The translations under genes were made by a program, and so were the position numbers. This document shows, piece after piece, positions 9,227-17,638 of a stretch of DNA of 37,976 nucleotides. The notes beneath the pieces were generated by a model. That model saw nothing but the letters and a program-made list of their open reading frames with translations. It had not been told where the DNA came from and made no database searches. The stretch lies in IMG/VR virus record IMGVR_UViG_3300037467_000854, positions 1 through 37,976 of that record; one strand, given 5' to 3'. Every line of letters starts with the position of its first letter. The first letter of the stretch is position 1. Source of the stretch: a virus (lineage: Duplodnaviria > Caudoviricetes).

Positions 9227-9517
9227 CTAACTAGGTGGTGCCGCCCGCCGGCGGCGCGCCAGCCGCAACCAGTTCCCCGTTCCATTAGGAAGCGAAACAA
9301 TCCCGAATGGCTGGTCAGGTTCCGGCCGCTCGGTGACAGCCTCGAAAATCTCCCGCGCCAGAAAGCGGTCCCTGGCGTAGACGACATAATCGCCAAACAC
9401 CCACCGCTGCCTTGCCGCATATGGATTCGGATCCACGTAGCGCCCCCGGTCGATTGACCATGTGGCAAGTGTCACGCTGATGGCTCGGCCAGTCAAGCCG
9501 GTGCCGAGGCAGGCCAT
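9227..9517 (-). CDS. Hypothetical protein downstream of integrase (96 aa)
   Basis: Fills the gap between the convergent rz1 and int genes; purine-rich RBS (GGGAGATAGGGA) precedes the ATG. Confidence 0.45.
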   Translation of the reverse strand: MACLGTGLTGRAISVTLATWSIDRGRYVDPNPYAARQRWVFGDYVVYARDRFLAREIFEAVTERPEPDQPFGIVSLPNGTGNWLRLARRRRAAPPS

Positions 9518-9546
9518 TCCCTATCTCCCTGCCCAACCGGGCGAAA

Positions 9547-10494
9547 TCAAATCCTCTTGGCGATATTGGCCGCATCGGGCCGATAGTAGACGTTCATCAG
9601 CAGGCTCAAATCCTTGTGCCCGCTGATCTTGGCCAGTGTCATGACGTCTACCTTCTTGGCCAGATGGGTCAAGGCGGTGGCGCGAGTGTCGTGGAACGTC
9701 AGGCCCTCGATCAGCAATTCGCCGCAGAGGCGCGAAAACAGTACGCTGGCTTCATTGGCTCCTACCGTGAAGGGATCGCGGGCCAGAAGCCTTGCGCCGA
9801 TGCGTCCGATTGGTACTTCACGCGATCCGGTCTTGCGAGCGCCCACCACCATTTCTAGAGTCACCACATTGCGCTTGGTGTCAAAGTTTTCAGGAGCCGC
9901 CAGCACTTCGCCCAGTCGCATGCCGGTACGCAGGGCAATGTGGAAAGCGTCTTGCACTTCGGCGGTCTTGCCTTCGCGGCGGGCGCGCAGTACCCGCTTG
10001 ATGAGTTGCCAAGGCCAAACCGTCTTGCGCGGGGAATTCTCGGCGGGCATCTTCACGCCTTCGAATGGATTGTGCGGCAGCTTCTTCCACTCCAGTCGAG
10101 CCACATTCAGCATATTGCGCAGCAGGTTGGCTTCGCGCACCACGGTTGAGCCGCTGACTTTCTTCAGGCGCTCGTCGCGCCATTCGGCAATGTGTGGCGC
10201 GTCGACGTCTGCCAGCGCCAAATCCTTGAACACTGGCATTTCGAGCAAGGCGTTGAGACGGCGCACTTCCCAAACGGCGCCGTCTTTCTTGCTTGACACA
10301 TCTTTTAGGTATTTATCAACCGCATCGGCAAAGCTCATGCCGTAAGATGACTTCAAGCGCTTGGCTTGAGCCTCTTGTTCCATGGCCCACTGCTGGGCTT
10401 CACGTTTGGTGTCGAATGCTTTACTGGTGCGAACGCCGTTGCGCTGCAATTGGGCCTGCCACTTACCGGAGGCCAGTTTCTGGAAGTACGCCAT
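9547..10494 (-). CDS. int: Tyrosine recombinase/phage integrase (315 aa)
   Basis: Catalytic residues in TGMRLGE, FHDTR, SGH and VYY; arm-binding-like N-terminus (GKWQAQ). Confidence 0.95.
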   Translation of the reverse strand: MAYFQKLASGKWQAQLQRNGVRTSKAFDTKREAQQWAMEQEAQAKRLKSSYGMSFADAVDKYLKDVSSKKDGAVWEVRRLNALLEMPVFKDLALADVDAPHIAEWRDERLKKVSGSTVVREANLLRNMLNVARLEWKKLPHNPFEGVKMPAENSPRKTVWPWQLIKRVLRARREGKTAEVQDAFHIALRTGMRLGEVLAAPENFDTKRNVVTLEMVVGARKTGSREVPIGRIGARLLARDPFTVGANEASVLFSRLCGELLIEGLTFHDTRATALTHLAKKVDVMTLAKISGHKDLSLLMNVYYRPDAANIAKRI

Positions 10495-10758
10495 TCGGGA
10501 TACCCGTTCGGGATATATTCGGGGAGATGGCGACTTTCTAACCGCCGCCGATGTGTTCTGCCATAGTGTAGCAGCAGATCGGACGACGATATTTCCACTA
10601 TGGTGGTGCCGGGAGCCGGAACTTAAATCATAGGGAATTCCGGCTCTCATTCGGGATTCAATCGAAGTCATGCGGCTTTTCGGTACAAAAATGCCTGCAC
10701 GTCTGCGCGTAGCCACAGCGGTTTGCGTTCGCTGGAAGCAGGCACCCGATCCGGGAAT
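10493..10758. promoter_or_regulatory. attP region: core TGGTGCCGGGAGCCGGAA (10604-10621) plus arm-type direct repeats
   Basis: The minus strand of the core reads TTCCGGCTCCCGGCACCA, a tRNA T-stem/acceptor/CCA 3' end (tRNA-Leu-like). RTTCGGGA-like repeats start at 10493, 10506, 10517, 10649 and 10749. Confidence 0.8.
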
Positions 10759-10850
10759 CCAACCCATTTCGTGATGACGTCACGCGCATGGCGCCGGCTG
10801 CACCGGTAAAGCGCCGCGATGTCGTCAAGGTTCATCAATTCGTCAGTCAT
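10668..10850 (-). CDS. xis: Excisionase, AlpA/Xis-like (60 aa)
   Basis: LMNLDDIA...GFP...LW.RADV winged-HTH pattern; adjacent to attP and int. Confidence 0.8.
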   Translation of the reverse strand: MTDELMNLDDIAALYRCSRRHARDVITKWVGFPDRVPASSERKPLWLRADVQAFLYRKAA

Positions 10851-11002
10851 TTCCCATCTCCTTCCCACAGCAGGTAATCACCAAGCGCTTCCATAACGAT
10901 GTCGTTCATCGTCCTTCCCGAGCAAAGAGCGGCGACAGCGATCTGGCAGATCCTGTCCCAAGGCATCTCTACCGGGACGTCTATCTCAGGTTCGTAGATC
11001 AT
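10847..11002 (-). CDS. Small ribbon-helix-helix-like protein (51 aa; not in ORF track)
   Basis: Manual translation gives MIYEPEIDVPVEMPWDRICQIAVAALCSGRTMNDIVMEALGDYLLWEGDGK; ATGA overlaps at both ends and an AGGAAGG RBS. Confidence 0.65.
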   Translation of the reverse strand: MIYEPEIDVPVEMPWDRICQIAVAALCSGRTMNDIVMEALGDYLLWEGDGK

Positions 11003-11454
11003 CCTTCCTCCTTCTCTGGCTGGGGAGATGCGAGCCCGGCCATGGCAGCATCAATTGCGGCATCGAGATATAGGCCATGGTGGAATCGACCTTCGCCATC
11101 CCGCACCTTTTGCGATACTTGAAAATTGCCGATGCCTCGCGGGCCGTTCAAGAGGTAGCCGTTATGCTCGCCGTCGCGGATGTGCCGATACCTTCCCGCA
11201 TCCTTCCTCAGTGCTTCGACCTCATCCAGCAGGGCCAGAACAACAGAAGGGGAAGCGGCTGCGATGTATTCGGCGTCTTGCTGCTCGTTGTGGTTGATGC
11301 ACGAAAGCAGGCAGAGCTGGTGCGAGATTGCGGGCGGCGTTGATGGGCAGCGCACGGCCCACTTGTACGGGTGCAGTTCGCTCGGCGCATCAGCTTCCCA
11401 CGGCCCCGGCGTCGCCAGTAGCGCCAGCCGGCGCAGTTCTTTGGTGTCGGTCAC
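10999..11454 (-). CDS. Ead/Ea22-like protein
   Basis: ELRRLA..ATPGPW and DAEYIAAASPSVVLALLDE signatures. Confidence 0.8.
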   Translation of the reverse strand: MTDTKELRRLALLATPGPWEADAPSELHPYKWAVRCPSTPPAISHQLCLLSCINHNEQQDAEYIAAASPSVVLALLDEVEALRKDAGRYRHIRDGEHNGYLLNGPRGIGNFQVSQKVRDGEGRFHHGLYLDAAIDAAMAGLASPQPEKEEG

Positions 11455-11699
11455 AGCGGGACTCCTTTCGGATGTGTGGCGAACATTGGGTGTTGCGGCT
11501 TGGCTTTGCCATCGTCAATCTGCGCCTTCAGCGCCGCACACACGGTGACAAGCCGGTTGTAGGCTTCGATGGTGCCTAGCTGTTCTTCAAGTCTGACCAC
11601 GGCGTTCATCAGGCTGTAGTCGCAAGGCCGAACGATGGGCTTTGGCAGCTCCATTGGAACGCCTGTTACCTTCGGCCACGGCTTCACTTCTCCGCTCAT
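11451..11699 (-). CDS. Hypothetical protein (82 aa)
   Basis: Coupled by 4-nt overlaps within the leftward operon; RBS present. Confidence 0.65.
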   Translation of the reverse strand: MSGEVKPWPKVTGVPMELPKPIVRPCDYSLMNAVVRLEEQLGTIEAYNRLVTVCAALKAQIDDGKAKPQHPMFATHPKGVPL

Positions 11700-11986
11700 G
11701 CCCTCTCCTTCAGCTTGCGGATAGCGGCGGCGCAATCTTCCTGCGTAAGCTCGAACCACGCCTGATCGTCGTAGGCCCCCACTTCCTTCGCACATTCCTC
11801 AATCACCGCTGCCCGAAGCGCGGCAGGGGATGGGGCCGAACTGCTCGAATTATTCGAGGAGTTGCCTTCTGCCAGGGCGGCGCGAAGACTGGCGATGGCA
11901 GTGGTCATGATTGCCCGGCTGCCGCGATGGTCGTCATCCAGCGACGCGTCGTGCGCTTCTTCCAGCGCCTCAAGTGCTTGGCTCAT
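11696..11986 (-). CDS. Hypothetical phage protein (96 aa)
   Basis: QALEALE...LRAALA and AVIEECAK...CAAAIR motifs common in phage early accessory proteins. Confidence 0.65.
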   Translation of the reverse strand: MSQALEALEEAHDASLDDDHRGSRAIMTTAIASLRAALAEGNSSNNSSSSAPSPAALRAAVIEECAKEVGAYDDQAWFELTQEDCAAAIRKLKERA

Positions 11987-12005
11987 ACGGCTTTGGTGTC
12001 CATGC

Positions 12006-12503
12006 TCATGCCTGCGGCTCCGCGGCGGTCGGATTGACATGGGAGGCAACCCACTGTCGCACTGCTTGCCACCGCTCGAACCCGACAACTTCATTTGGTA
12101 CTCGGACAGTAGGACAGCGGCTTTGCCAAGGCTGCAACGGACCAAAGACCTCAACTTGAATCCAGCGCCACTCGCTGACGTAATCGTCATTGACGTACAT
12201 AATTTCGCGCGCCAACTGCTCCGCAATGTTGAACTTCGGCCCCAGCGATTCCACGTCGTAGGTGTCGATGGTCGCCAAGTTCAGGCCGCGGGCCTGGCCG
12301 ACGACGCCAAGTGCGCAGTAAGACCCATCTGCCTCCAGCTCACCCGCCACCAATCGCTTCTCTGGCATGGCATCAAGCGCGGCCAGCAGTTCACGCAATA
12401 AGGCTTGACCGCGCCTGCCTCTGATTGCCGACATGACCTGGGCGCGATACCGGCCCAGTGCCAGCGGATCGTCGCAATCGTCGCTGTATCCGCTGCGGCT
12501 CAT
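12006..12503 (-). CDS. Hypothetical phage protein (165 aa)
   Basis: MSRSGYSDD...AIRGRRGQALLRELLAALDAMPEKRL; coupled overlap with the upstream gene. Confidence 0.75.
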   Translation of the reverse strand: MSRSGYSDDCDDPLALGRYRAQVMSAIRGRRGQALLRELLAALDAMPEKRLVAGELEADGSYCALGVVGQARGLNLATIDTYDVESLGPKFNIAEQLAREIMYVNDDYVSEWRWIQVEVFGPLQPWQSRCPTVRVPNEVVGFERWQAVRQWVASHVNPTAAEPQA

Positions 12504-13597
12504 TTCCCCTCCCCGGTGGCTTCGACAGGCGGCGCAATGCCGGGGCGCATGGCGGTGCTTGCGCCGCTGATGGCGGCATGCCAGTTCGCGCACGCTGCCG
12601 CCATGGTGATGGTGTGGTGCAACGCCTTTTCGGTATTGCCGTCGATATGTGACTTGAGCGCCTTGCCGCCCAGGTAGCCGACAAGCCAGAACCAGTCTGA
12701 AGGCTCTTTGCCGCTATCGTGGTCAATGCCCCACCGCTCTCGCTGGTGTGCCGCCTCAAGTACGACGCCATTGGCAAAGTCGTGCAGTTCTGGCGTGTTG
12801 ACCAGCGCGCGCAGCCGCTCTAATTCAGCGCTGTCCGCATCCGTCAACTCGCGCACCGGGCGGCGGGCGGCTTTCCATGCGAACTCGGCCAATTCAGTGC
12901 TGCTATCCGCATAGACCCACTCTCCATCACGCTGCACCGCGCTTAGGTCGAAACCTTTTTCGCGCGCCCACGCCTCAAACGCTTCCCGCTCCCCCTCGGC
13001 TGCTGCCTGCTCGGCTGCGGGGTGGGATGGCTTGTTTTGAAGCTGCCAGATGCGCATCAGTACAACGTCAGGCGAAACCCATCCGGTCGTGGTGAAGCCA
13101 AGCGCCTCTTGCACGCGCAGCATGGATTTGCCGTGGTCTATTTCGTCTTCCGGCTCGGCTGGCTGCGACTCGCCATAGCCGCAGCTCGGGCAGCGCTCCA
13201 TCACTGGCGCGTTGCCGTCCTCAGCCTGGCCGCTGGTGCCGGTGCAAATCTGGCCGGTGCCTTTGCAATCCTCGCACTGGTCGGCTGGCTGCGATGGGGC
13301 GGCAAGGGATGCACTCGCTGGCACGATACGGGTTCCTGCGGAACCAAGGTTGAGGCCGAATACCCGGTTAATCAGTTTGGCAAACACCCATGCATCGGTG
13401 CGGTTCCAGTCGAACTCGAAGTGCCAAGGCGCATCGCCCGGACGGCTGTGAGTCATGCAAAGTCTGTGCGTATTGACGGCTTTGAATTCGCCGTGATCGG
13501 TCGGAGTCGGTAGCTCGCCCACGCACATGCAATCTTGGCTGCTGCCTTTGTAGCCGCACTCTTGGTGCGGGCACCAGTTGGGGCGCGAATTAGCCAT
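12500..13597 (-). CDS. Mosaic multi-domain early protein (Cys/His domain, CxxCxGxG zinc finger, C-terminal MazG-like helical domain; 365 aa)
   Basis: Motifs read from the translation; start chosen at the ATG with a GGGAGAG RBS. Confidence 0.7.
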   Translation of the reverse strand: MANSRPNWCPHQECGYKGSSQDCMCVGELPTPTDHGEFKAVNTHRLCMTHSRPGDAPWHFEFDWNRTDAWVFAKLINRVFGLNLGSAGTRIVPASASLAAPSQPADQCEDCKGTGQICTGTSGQAEDGNAPVMERCPSCGYGESQPAEPEDEIDHGKSMLRVQEALGFTTTGWVSPDVVLMRIWQLQNKPSHPAAEQAAAEGEREAFEAWAREKGFDLSAVQRDGEWVYADSSTELAEFAWKAARRPVRELTDADSAELERLRALVNTPELHDFANGVVLEAAHQRERWGIDHDSGKEPSDWFWLVGYLGGKALKSHIDGNTEKALHHTITMAAACANWHAAISGASTAMRPGIAPPVEATGEGK

Positions 13598-14516
13598 TTT
13601 TTTGCTCTCCCTTGGTCGCTGCGCTGGCGGCGATAGCGGCGTCAATGGCGGCGTCGATCTGGCTTCCGAATGTGTCTCCATTCCACTCATGCTCGTAGGC
13701 GTCGGAATCAGCCAGGTACAGCCGGATGGTGCCTGCGCCTTTCTCAAGCTCGATGTTCAAGTCGTAGCCATCGGGCAGTTCGTTACAGGCGCGCTCCATG
13801 GCCTTGCCGATTTCCAGCCATTCTTTGGAACGGCTTGCATCGCCTGCGCTGTCACTCTGCGCATGGGCGAGGGCGGCGCGGGCATCGCGGATTGCGAGGC
13901 GCGCCATGACAACCGATTGGCGCGGAATCATTGCGTTGTCGCTGAGATAGGTTAGATCGCCCGCAAACGCCGTCTCCAGCGCCTCTAGCATCTGCTCGTT
14001 GACCGGCGCATTGGCTGCGGGAGCGGCGGCGAGCATGGCGCGGTAGATGTTCATGTGACCCGCGCCAAAAGGCCATTTGTCGTTTTCGGCGCGCGCCGCA
14101 TCGAGCATTTCATCGGTAGGCCACTCCGGCACCAGCTTGCACCCGGCCGGCACTCCTGCTGCGGGAGCGCTGACGCCAGAGGGGGCGGGCAAAGGCACCC
14201 AGCCTTGAATGTGCCGGTCGATGATCTGCACGGTGGTCACGTCGCACATCCAGCAAGGCCATGTGTAGCCGACTTTTCCAATGCCATCGTTCCAGACGAG
14301 GATACGCACGCGCGGTTCTTTCTCGAAGTCCGATTGCGTCAGCGCCAGGATGCGATGGCGATCAATGCGCGGCGCAGTCTCAATCGGTTGCCACGGTAGC
14401 GCTACGGGAGCGCGAAAGCGGGCAAAATCTTCCAGCAACTGCATCACATCAGAGGTGCTGGCACCAGCTTCGCACTGCTCGCGGATACGTTCTGCTATCT
14501 GTTCATTCGTCATCAT
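13590..14516 (-). CDS. Mosaic early protein with DUF551-like module (308 aa)
   Basis: WQPIETAP...W.PLPAP and KLVPEWPTDEMLDAA modules joined by Ala/Pro linkers. Confidence 0.7.
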   Translation of the reverse strand: MMTNEQIAERIREQCEAGASTSDVMQLLEDFARFRAPVALPWQPIETAPRIDRHRILALTQSDFEKEPRVRILVWNDGIGKVGYTWPCWMCDVTTVQIIDRHIQGWVPLPAPSGVSAPAAGVPAGCKLVPEWPTDEMLDAARAENDKWPFGAGHMNIYRAMLAAAPAANAPVNEQMLEALETAFAGDLTYLSDNAMIPRQSVVMARLAIRDARAALAHAQSDSAGDASRSKEWLEIGKAMERACNELPDGYDLNIELEKGAGTIRLYLADSDAYEHEWNGDTFGSQIDAAIDAAIAASAATKGEQKNG

Positions 14517-14670
14517 CGCGTTTCTCCCTGTTCTGTTTGCAGGCTGATTGCATGGTTTCCAGTCGCTTGTTCTCGGTGCGCAGGGTCTGTATCTCTACCC
14601 GGCAGGCTTGGATCACTTCCGGCACTTCGTCCAGGGGAACCGGATGGGCGAGGCGGTCTAGGAGGTCCAT
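14503..14670 (-). CDS. Small coiled-coil hypothetical protein (55 aa)
   Basis: MDLLDRL...EIQTLRTEN; fills the operon gap. Confidence 0.55.
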   Translation of the reverse strand: MDLLDRLAHPVPLDEVPEVIQACRVEIQTLRTENKRLETMQSACKQNREKRDDDE

Positions 14671-14671
14671 G

Positions 14672-15172
14672 TCACTTAATTTCCAGGCGCTTGCCTTGCG
14701 TGAGCTTGGCACCCGGCACCTCATAGCCGTCCTTGATGGCCTGCTTGATGAGGGCCTTATCCACTTCAAAGCGGGCCGGGATTTCGCGCATGTAGTCCTG
14801 CGGCACCTGCTTTTCATCGAAGACTTCCACCGCTGCCGGGTTGTCGCGCAGCGAGAGGGCGAAATGCGGGCATTCGATCTTCTTCACGCCAGCCAGGTCC
14901 ATGCAGCGCAGCAGGTAGTCCTTCACATGCTTGGCTCGATTGCGCAGGGCCTTGGCACGGTCGAGCATTTCCTTTGCTGCCGCTTCGATGGCATCAGCGT
15001 TGGCGTCCAGGGTCTTGATCGCATATGCCGTGTTCTGCGCCTTCAGTTCCAGCGGATAGGATTCTGCGGATATGGTGTCCTCAATCGTTTGGGGATCAGC
15101 CTGTATATCCATGAGCGTTTCGACCATCTGACGATGCTCAGACGCGATTTGGTAGAGCGTGATTCCTGTCAT
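14672..15172 (-). CDS. Siphovirus Gp157-family protein
   Basis: TLYQIA N-terminus, coiled coil and VDKALIKQAIKDGYEVPGAKL C-terminal signature; next to sak4/ssb. Confidence 0.85.
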   Translation of the reverse strand: MTGITLYQIASEHRQMVETLMDIQADPQTIEDTISAESYPLELKAQNTAYAIKTLDANADAIEAAAKEMLDRAKALRNRAKHVKDYLLRCMDLAGVKKIECPHFALSLRDNPAAVEVFDEKQVPQDYMREIPARFEVDKALIKQAIKDGYEVPGAKLTQGKRLEIK

Positions 15173-15762
15173 GCTTCTCTCCAGATTAAGTTCTTCTTGA
15201 TCTGCCAAACGGTGTGCTGGCTGACCCCATACTCCGCCGCGATGTCGCGCTGCTTCCGTTGATCTGCCCGGATCGCTTTCGCTTCCGATGTCGTCAGTTT
15301 GGAGTTGTGATGCTTCTCCCCGAACTGCCGCACTCCGCGCCCCTTGCGTTCCCGGTCCTGCATGTTCTCAAGGTTAGTCCCGACGGATAGGTGATCCGGA
15401 TTCACGCAGCGAGGGTTATCGCAGCTATGCAGCACATGCAGACCGTCCGGGATCGGCCCCACGTACATTTCATAAGAAACGCGATGCGCCTTACACTGTT
15501 TGCGATTTAGAAGAAACAGTCCGTAGCCGCTGGTGTCCCGCGAGTTTTGCCACGGCCAGCATCCTGGCGTGACGATGAACTTTGACTCAAAGCGAGTCCG
15601 CATGTCGGGTCGATCAGCAATCGCAGCTCGTTTCGCTTTTTGCGCGGCCAGGACACACTGCTTGCAGTGCTTGAGATGACCACCCGCACAGGCTTTGTGG
15701 CGGTAGAAGCCGTCCAACGGGCGCATTTCCAGGCAGGTCGCGCACTGCTTCAATTCGTTCAT
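15169..15762 (-). CDS. HNH homing endonuclease
   Basis: AHRVSY...VLHSCDNPRCVNPDHL..GT..EN..D motif, N-terminal Cys cluster and C-terminal HTH. Confidence 0.92.
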   Translation of the reverse strand: MNELKQCATCLEMRPLDGFYRHKACAGGHLKHCKQCVLAAQKAKRAAIADRPDMRTRFESKFIVTPGCWPWQNSRDTSGYGLFLLNRKQCKAHRVSYEMYVGPIPDGLHVLHSCDNPRCVNPDHLSVGTNLENMQDRERKGRGVRQFGEKHHNSKLTTSEAKAIRADQRKQRDIAAEYGVSQHTVWQIKKNLIWREA

Positions 15763-15797
15763 GGTGAATGGGCGGGGCGCGAACCCCGCCAGTCAGG

Positions 15798-16469
15798 TTA
15801 GAGGACAGCCCAGGCGCGGCGCGCAATAGGGGCGAAAGGAATATCGTCGTCCATGTCGCCGGGACCGCCTGCGGTTGCCGGTTGCGCGGTGCGGGCACCG
15901 GCCTTGTTGCGCAGCGGACGGTCGGCCAGATGCGCAACCATGTTGGCCAGCAGTTCCGGCTTGGTTTTGCCGCTCAGGATTTCGCTGGCGGTCAGTTCAG
16001 TGGCGGCTTCAAACGCGCCTTGCAACTCGATCTTCCAGCCGTATTCGCCGGTAGGAACACGGTCTTTCTGCTTCTCGTATTCGCACGATTGCAGCAGGAC
16101 GCCGATGGGCTTGTTCATCAGGTCCATCAGCAGATCGGCTTCGTACTGCACATCGGCCTTTGCGTCGAAGTCGTACTTGGTCGCCATGCCTTTGACGGGG
16201 TTGGAGATATTACGCAGGCGCATGCAGGCCATCAGCGCCATCAGCGTCTGGAAGCTCGGCAGGCGTTCGCCATTGGCGCGCATGGTGTAGATGCTGAAGT
16301 TGGCGACTTGCTTTTCGTCCGATTCGAACGTGAAGGCGATGCCCTTGGTCCCGGTCGTGGCCACCAGTGCTTCGGCCTTGATGAAGCGCCCTTTGTATTT
16401 GCCGGTGTCCTTGATGAATTTGCCGGTTTGGTCTGCTTGCTTGGCTGCGGCTGCGTCGAGCGTGTACAT
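15798..16469 (-). CDS. ssb: Phage single-stranded DNA-binding protein (OB-fold)
   Basis: Follows the Sak4-like ATPase; acidic DMDDDIPF motif near the C-terminus. Confidence 0.7.
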   Translation of the reverse strand: MYTLDAAAAKQADQTGKFIKDTGKYKGRFIKAEALVATTGTKGIAFTFESDEKQVANFSIYTMRANGERLPSFQTLMALMACMRLRNISNPVKGMATKYDFDAKADVQYEADLLMDLMNKPIGVLLQSCEYEKQKDRVPTGEYGWKIELQGAFEAATELTASEILSGKTKPELLANMVAHLADRPLRNKAGARTAQPATAGGPGDMDDDIPFAPIARRAWAVL

Positions 16470-16487
16470 GGTTGTTTTCCTGTTTGA

Positions 16488-17150
16488 TTAGGCGGGTTGG
16501 GTGATGCCGTAGTACTCGGTGATGGCTTTATCCACTGCCAGCAGATCGTTTTCGATCTGCTCGGATTCGAACAAGCCGATTGGGGATTTCACGGTGTCCG
16601 ACCCGCTGTTTTGCGTGGCGAACAGGTATTGGTCATTGACCTTCATGGTGCGCAGGACGATGGTCACCAGTCCTTCAAGGACAATCTTTTCGTCCAGCAG
16701 CTTGCCGATCGTCTTGACCTTGACCTTGCCGAAGTCGTCGGTGCTGGTGTGGCTCAGGATGTAGACGCGCTTGTGGTCGGGCAGGGCGCTAGCCGCCATC
16801 AGTACATCCCAGGCGTGGCGGGCAATCTCGTTGTACTTGGCGAAGGCTGCATTTCCGACTTCCACATCCGTGACGCGGCGCATGAACTCGTTGGCCAGCA
16901 CATACTGGAAATCGTCAATTACGATCACCGGCTTTTCAGTGCGCTGCATGGCGGCGACGATATGCGCGCTGCTGTCGGTGACGAAGACGGAACCGCCCTG
17001 ACCTTTGACGACCGGCTTCCAGTCTTTAGAACGGAATGGGAGTGGCTTCTTGACTGCCTGGATCAGCAGGGTTTCTTCGGGGTTGAGGTTGCGAAGGCTG
17101 GTGCTTTTGCCCGTTCCCGATTCCCCGATAATCAGAGTTGCGATGCTCAT
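16488..17150 (-). CDS. sak4: Sak4-like AAA ATPase (single-strand annealing recombinase)
   Basis: Walker A GESGTGKST, Walker B VIVIDD, ILSH and KSP motifs; ssb and Gp157 neighbours. Confidence 0.82.
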   Translation of the reverse strand: MSIATLIIGESGTGKSTSLRNLNPEETLLIQAVKKPLPFRSKDWKPVVKGQGGSVFVTDSSAHIVAAMQRTEKPVIVIDDFQYVLANEFMRRVTDVEVGNAAFAKYNEIARHAWDVLMAASALPDHKRVYILSHTSTDDFGKVKVKTIGKLLDEKIVLEGLVTIVLRTMKVNDQYLFATQNSGSDTVKSPIGLFESEQIENDLLAVDKAITEYYGITQPA

Positions 17151-17326
17151 GGTGTTTTCCTTTGCTTTGCAGAAGATTTCGTTTGAATTGCGCTTGTTGT
17201 TCTCTTAGGTCTTGCAACTGCTCGAATTCGAAGAAGTCGCGCTTGGCCCCGCTCATACGTATCCCCGTTGCCACTCGCGCCAGGCCCTCAGGAGGCCGCG
17301 CCTGCGATTGCGAACCAAGTAGGAGA

Positions 17327-17638
17327 TCACGCTGCCTCCTGCTTCCAGTAGGCCATCAGGGTCGGTCCGATTAGGTCGCCATCAGACGAACCGTACTCCG
17401 CGATGTAGCAATCGGTGTATTCGTGCATCGTGTATTCGCCGCCCTTGTAGCCATAGAAGGTCGCGCCGAGGGCCTTTTCGGCCATCCGCAGCATGTCCCC
17501 AATGGTGGTATTGGCCTTAGGGGCGAACGCGAGTTGGTCGTAATAGCCGCGATAGCTGTCCGGCTCGCCAAAGCCGAAGGAAATTGCGGCTTCTTGCGGC
17601 AACTCCTTGAGAGCTGCAATCAGGTCTTGTAGGATCAC
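17327..17638 (-). CDS. Hypothetical phage protein (103 aa)
   Basis: GTG start with GGAGG RBS; SYRGYY and GYKGGEY motifs. Confidence 0.75.
   Translation of the reverse strand: MILQDLIAALKELPQEAAISFGFGEPDSYRGYYDQLAFAPKANTTIGDMLRMAEKALGATFYGYKGGEYTMHEYTDCYIAEYGSSDGDLIGPTLMAYWKQEAA

Noticed and set aside
5920-9546. Diversity-generating retroelement as in BPP-1
   Set aside because: No reverse transcriptase ORF was found and I saw no TR/VR repeat pair near the tailspike 3' end.
10604-10646. Complete tRNA gene
   Set aside because: Only the 3' 18 nt resemble a tRNA; there are no D or anticodon arms, so it is treated as the attP core.
10495-10767. N-terminal extension of integrase (406-aa ORF call)
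   Set aside because: The extension crosses attP and overlaps xis; the typical integrase N-terminus starts at 10494.
17026-17326. Small ORFs upstream of sak4
   Set aside because: Possible tiny coupled genes, but the ORF call overlaps sak4 by over 120 nt and has no recognisable motif.
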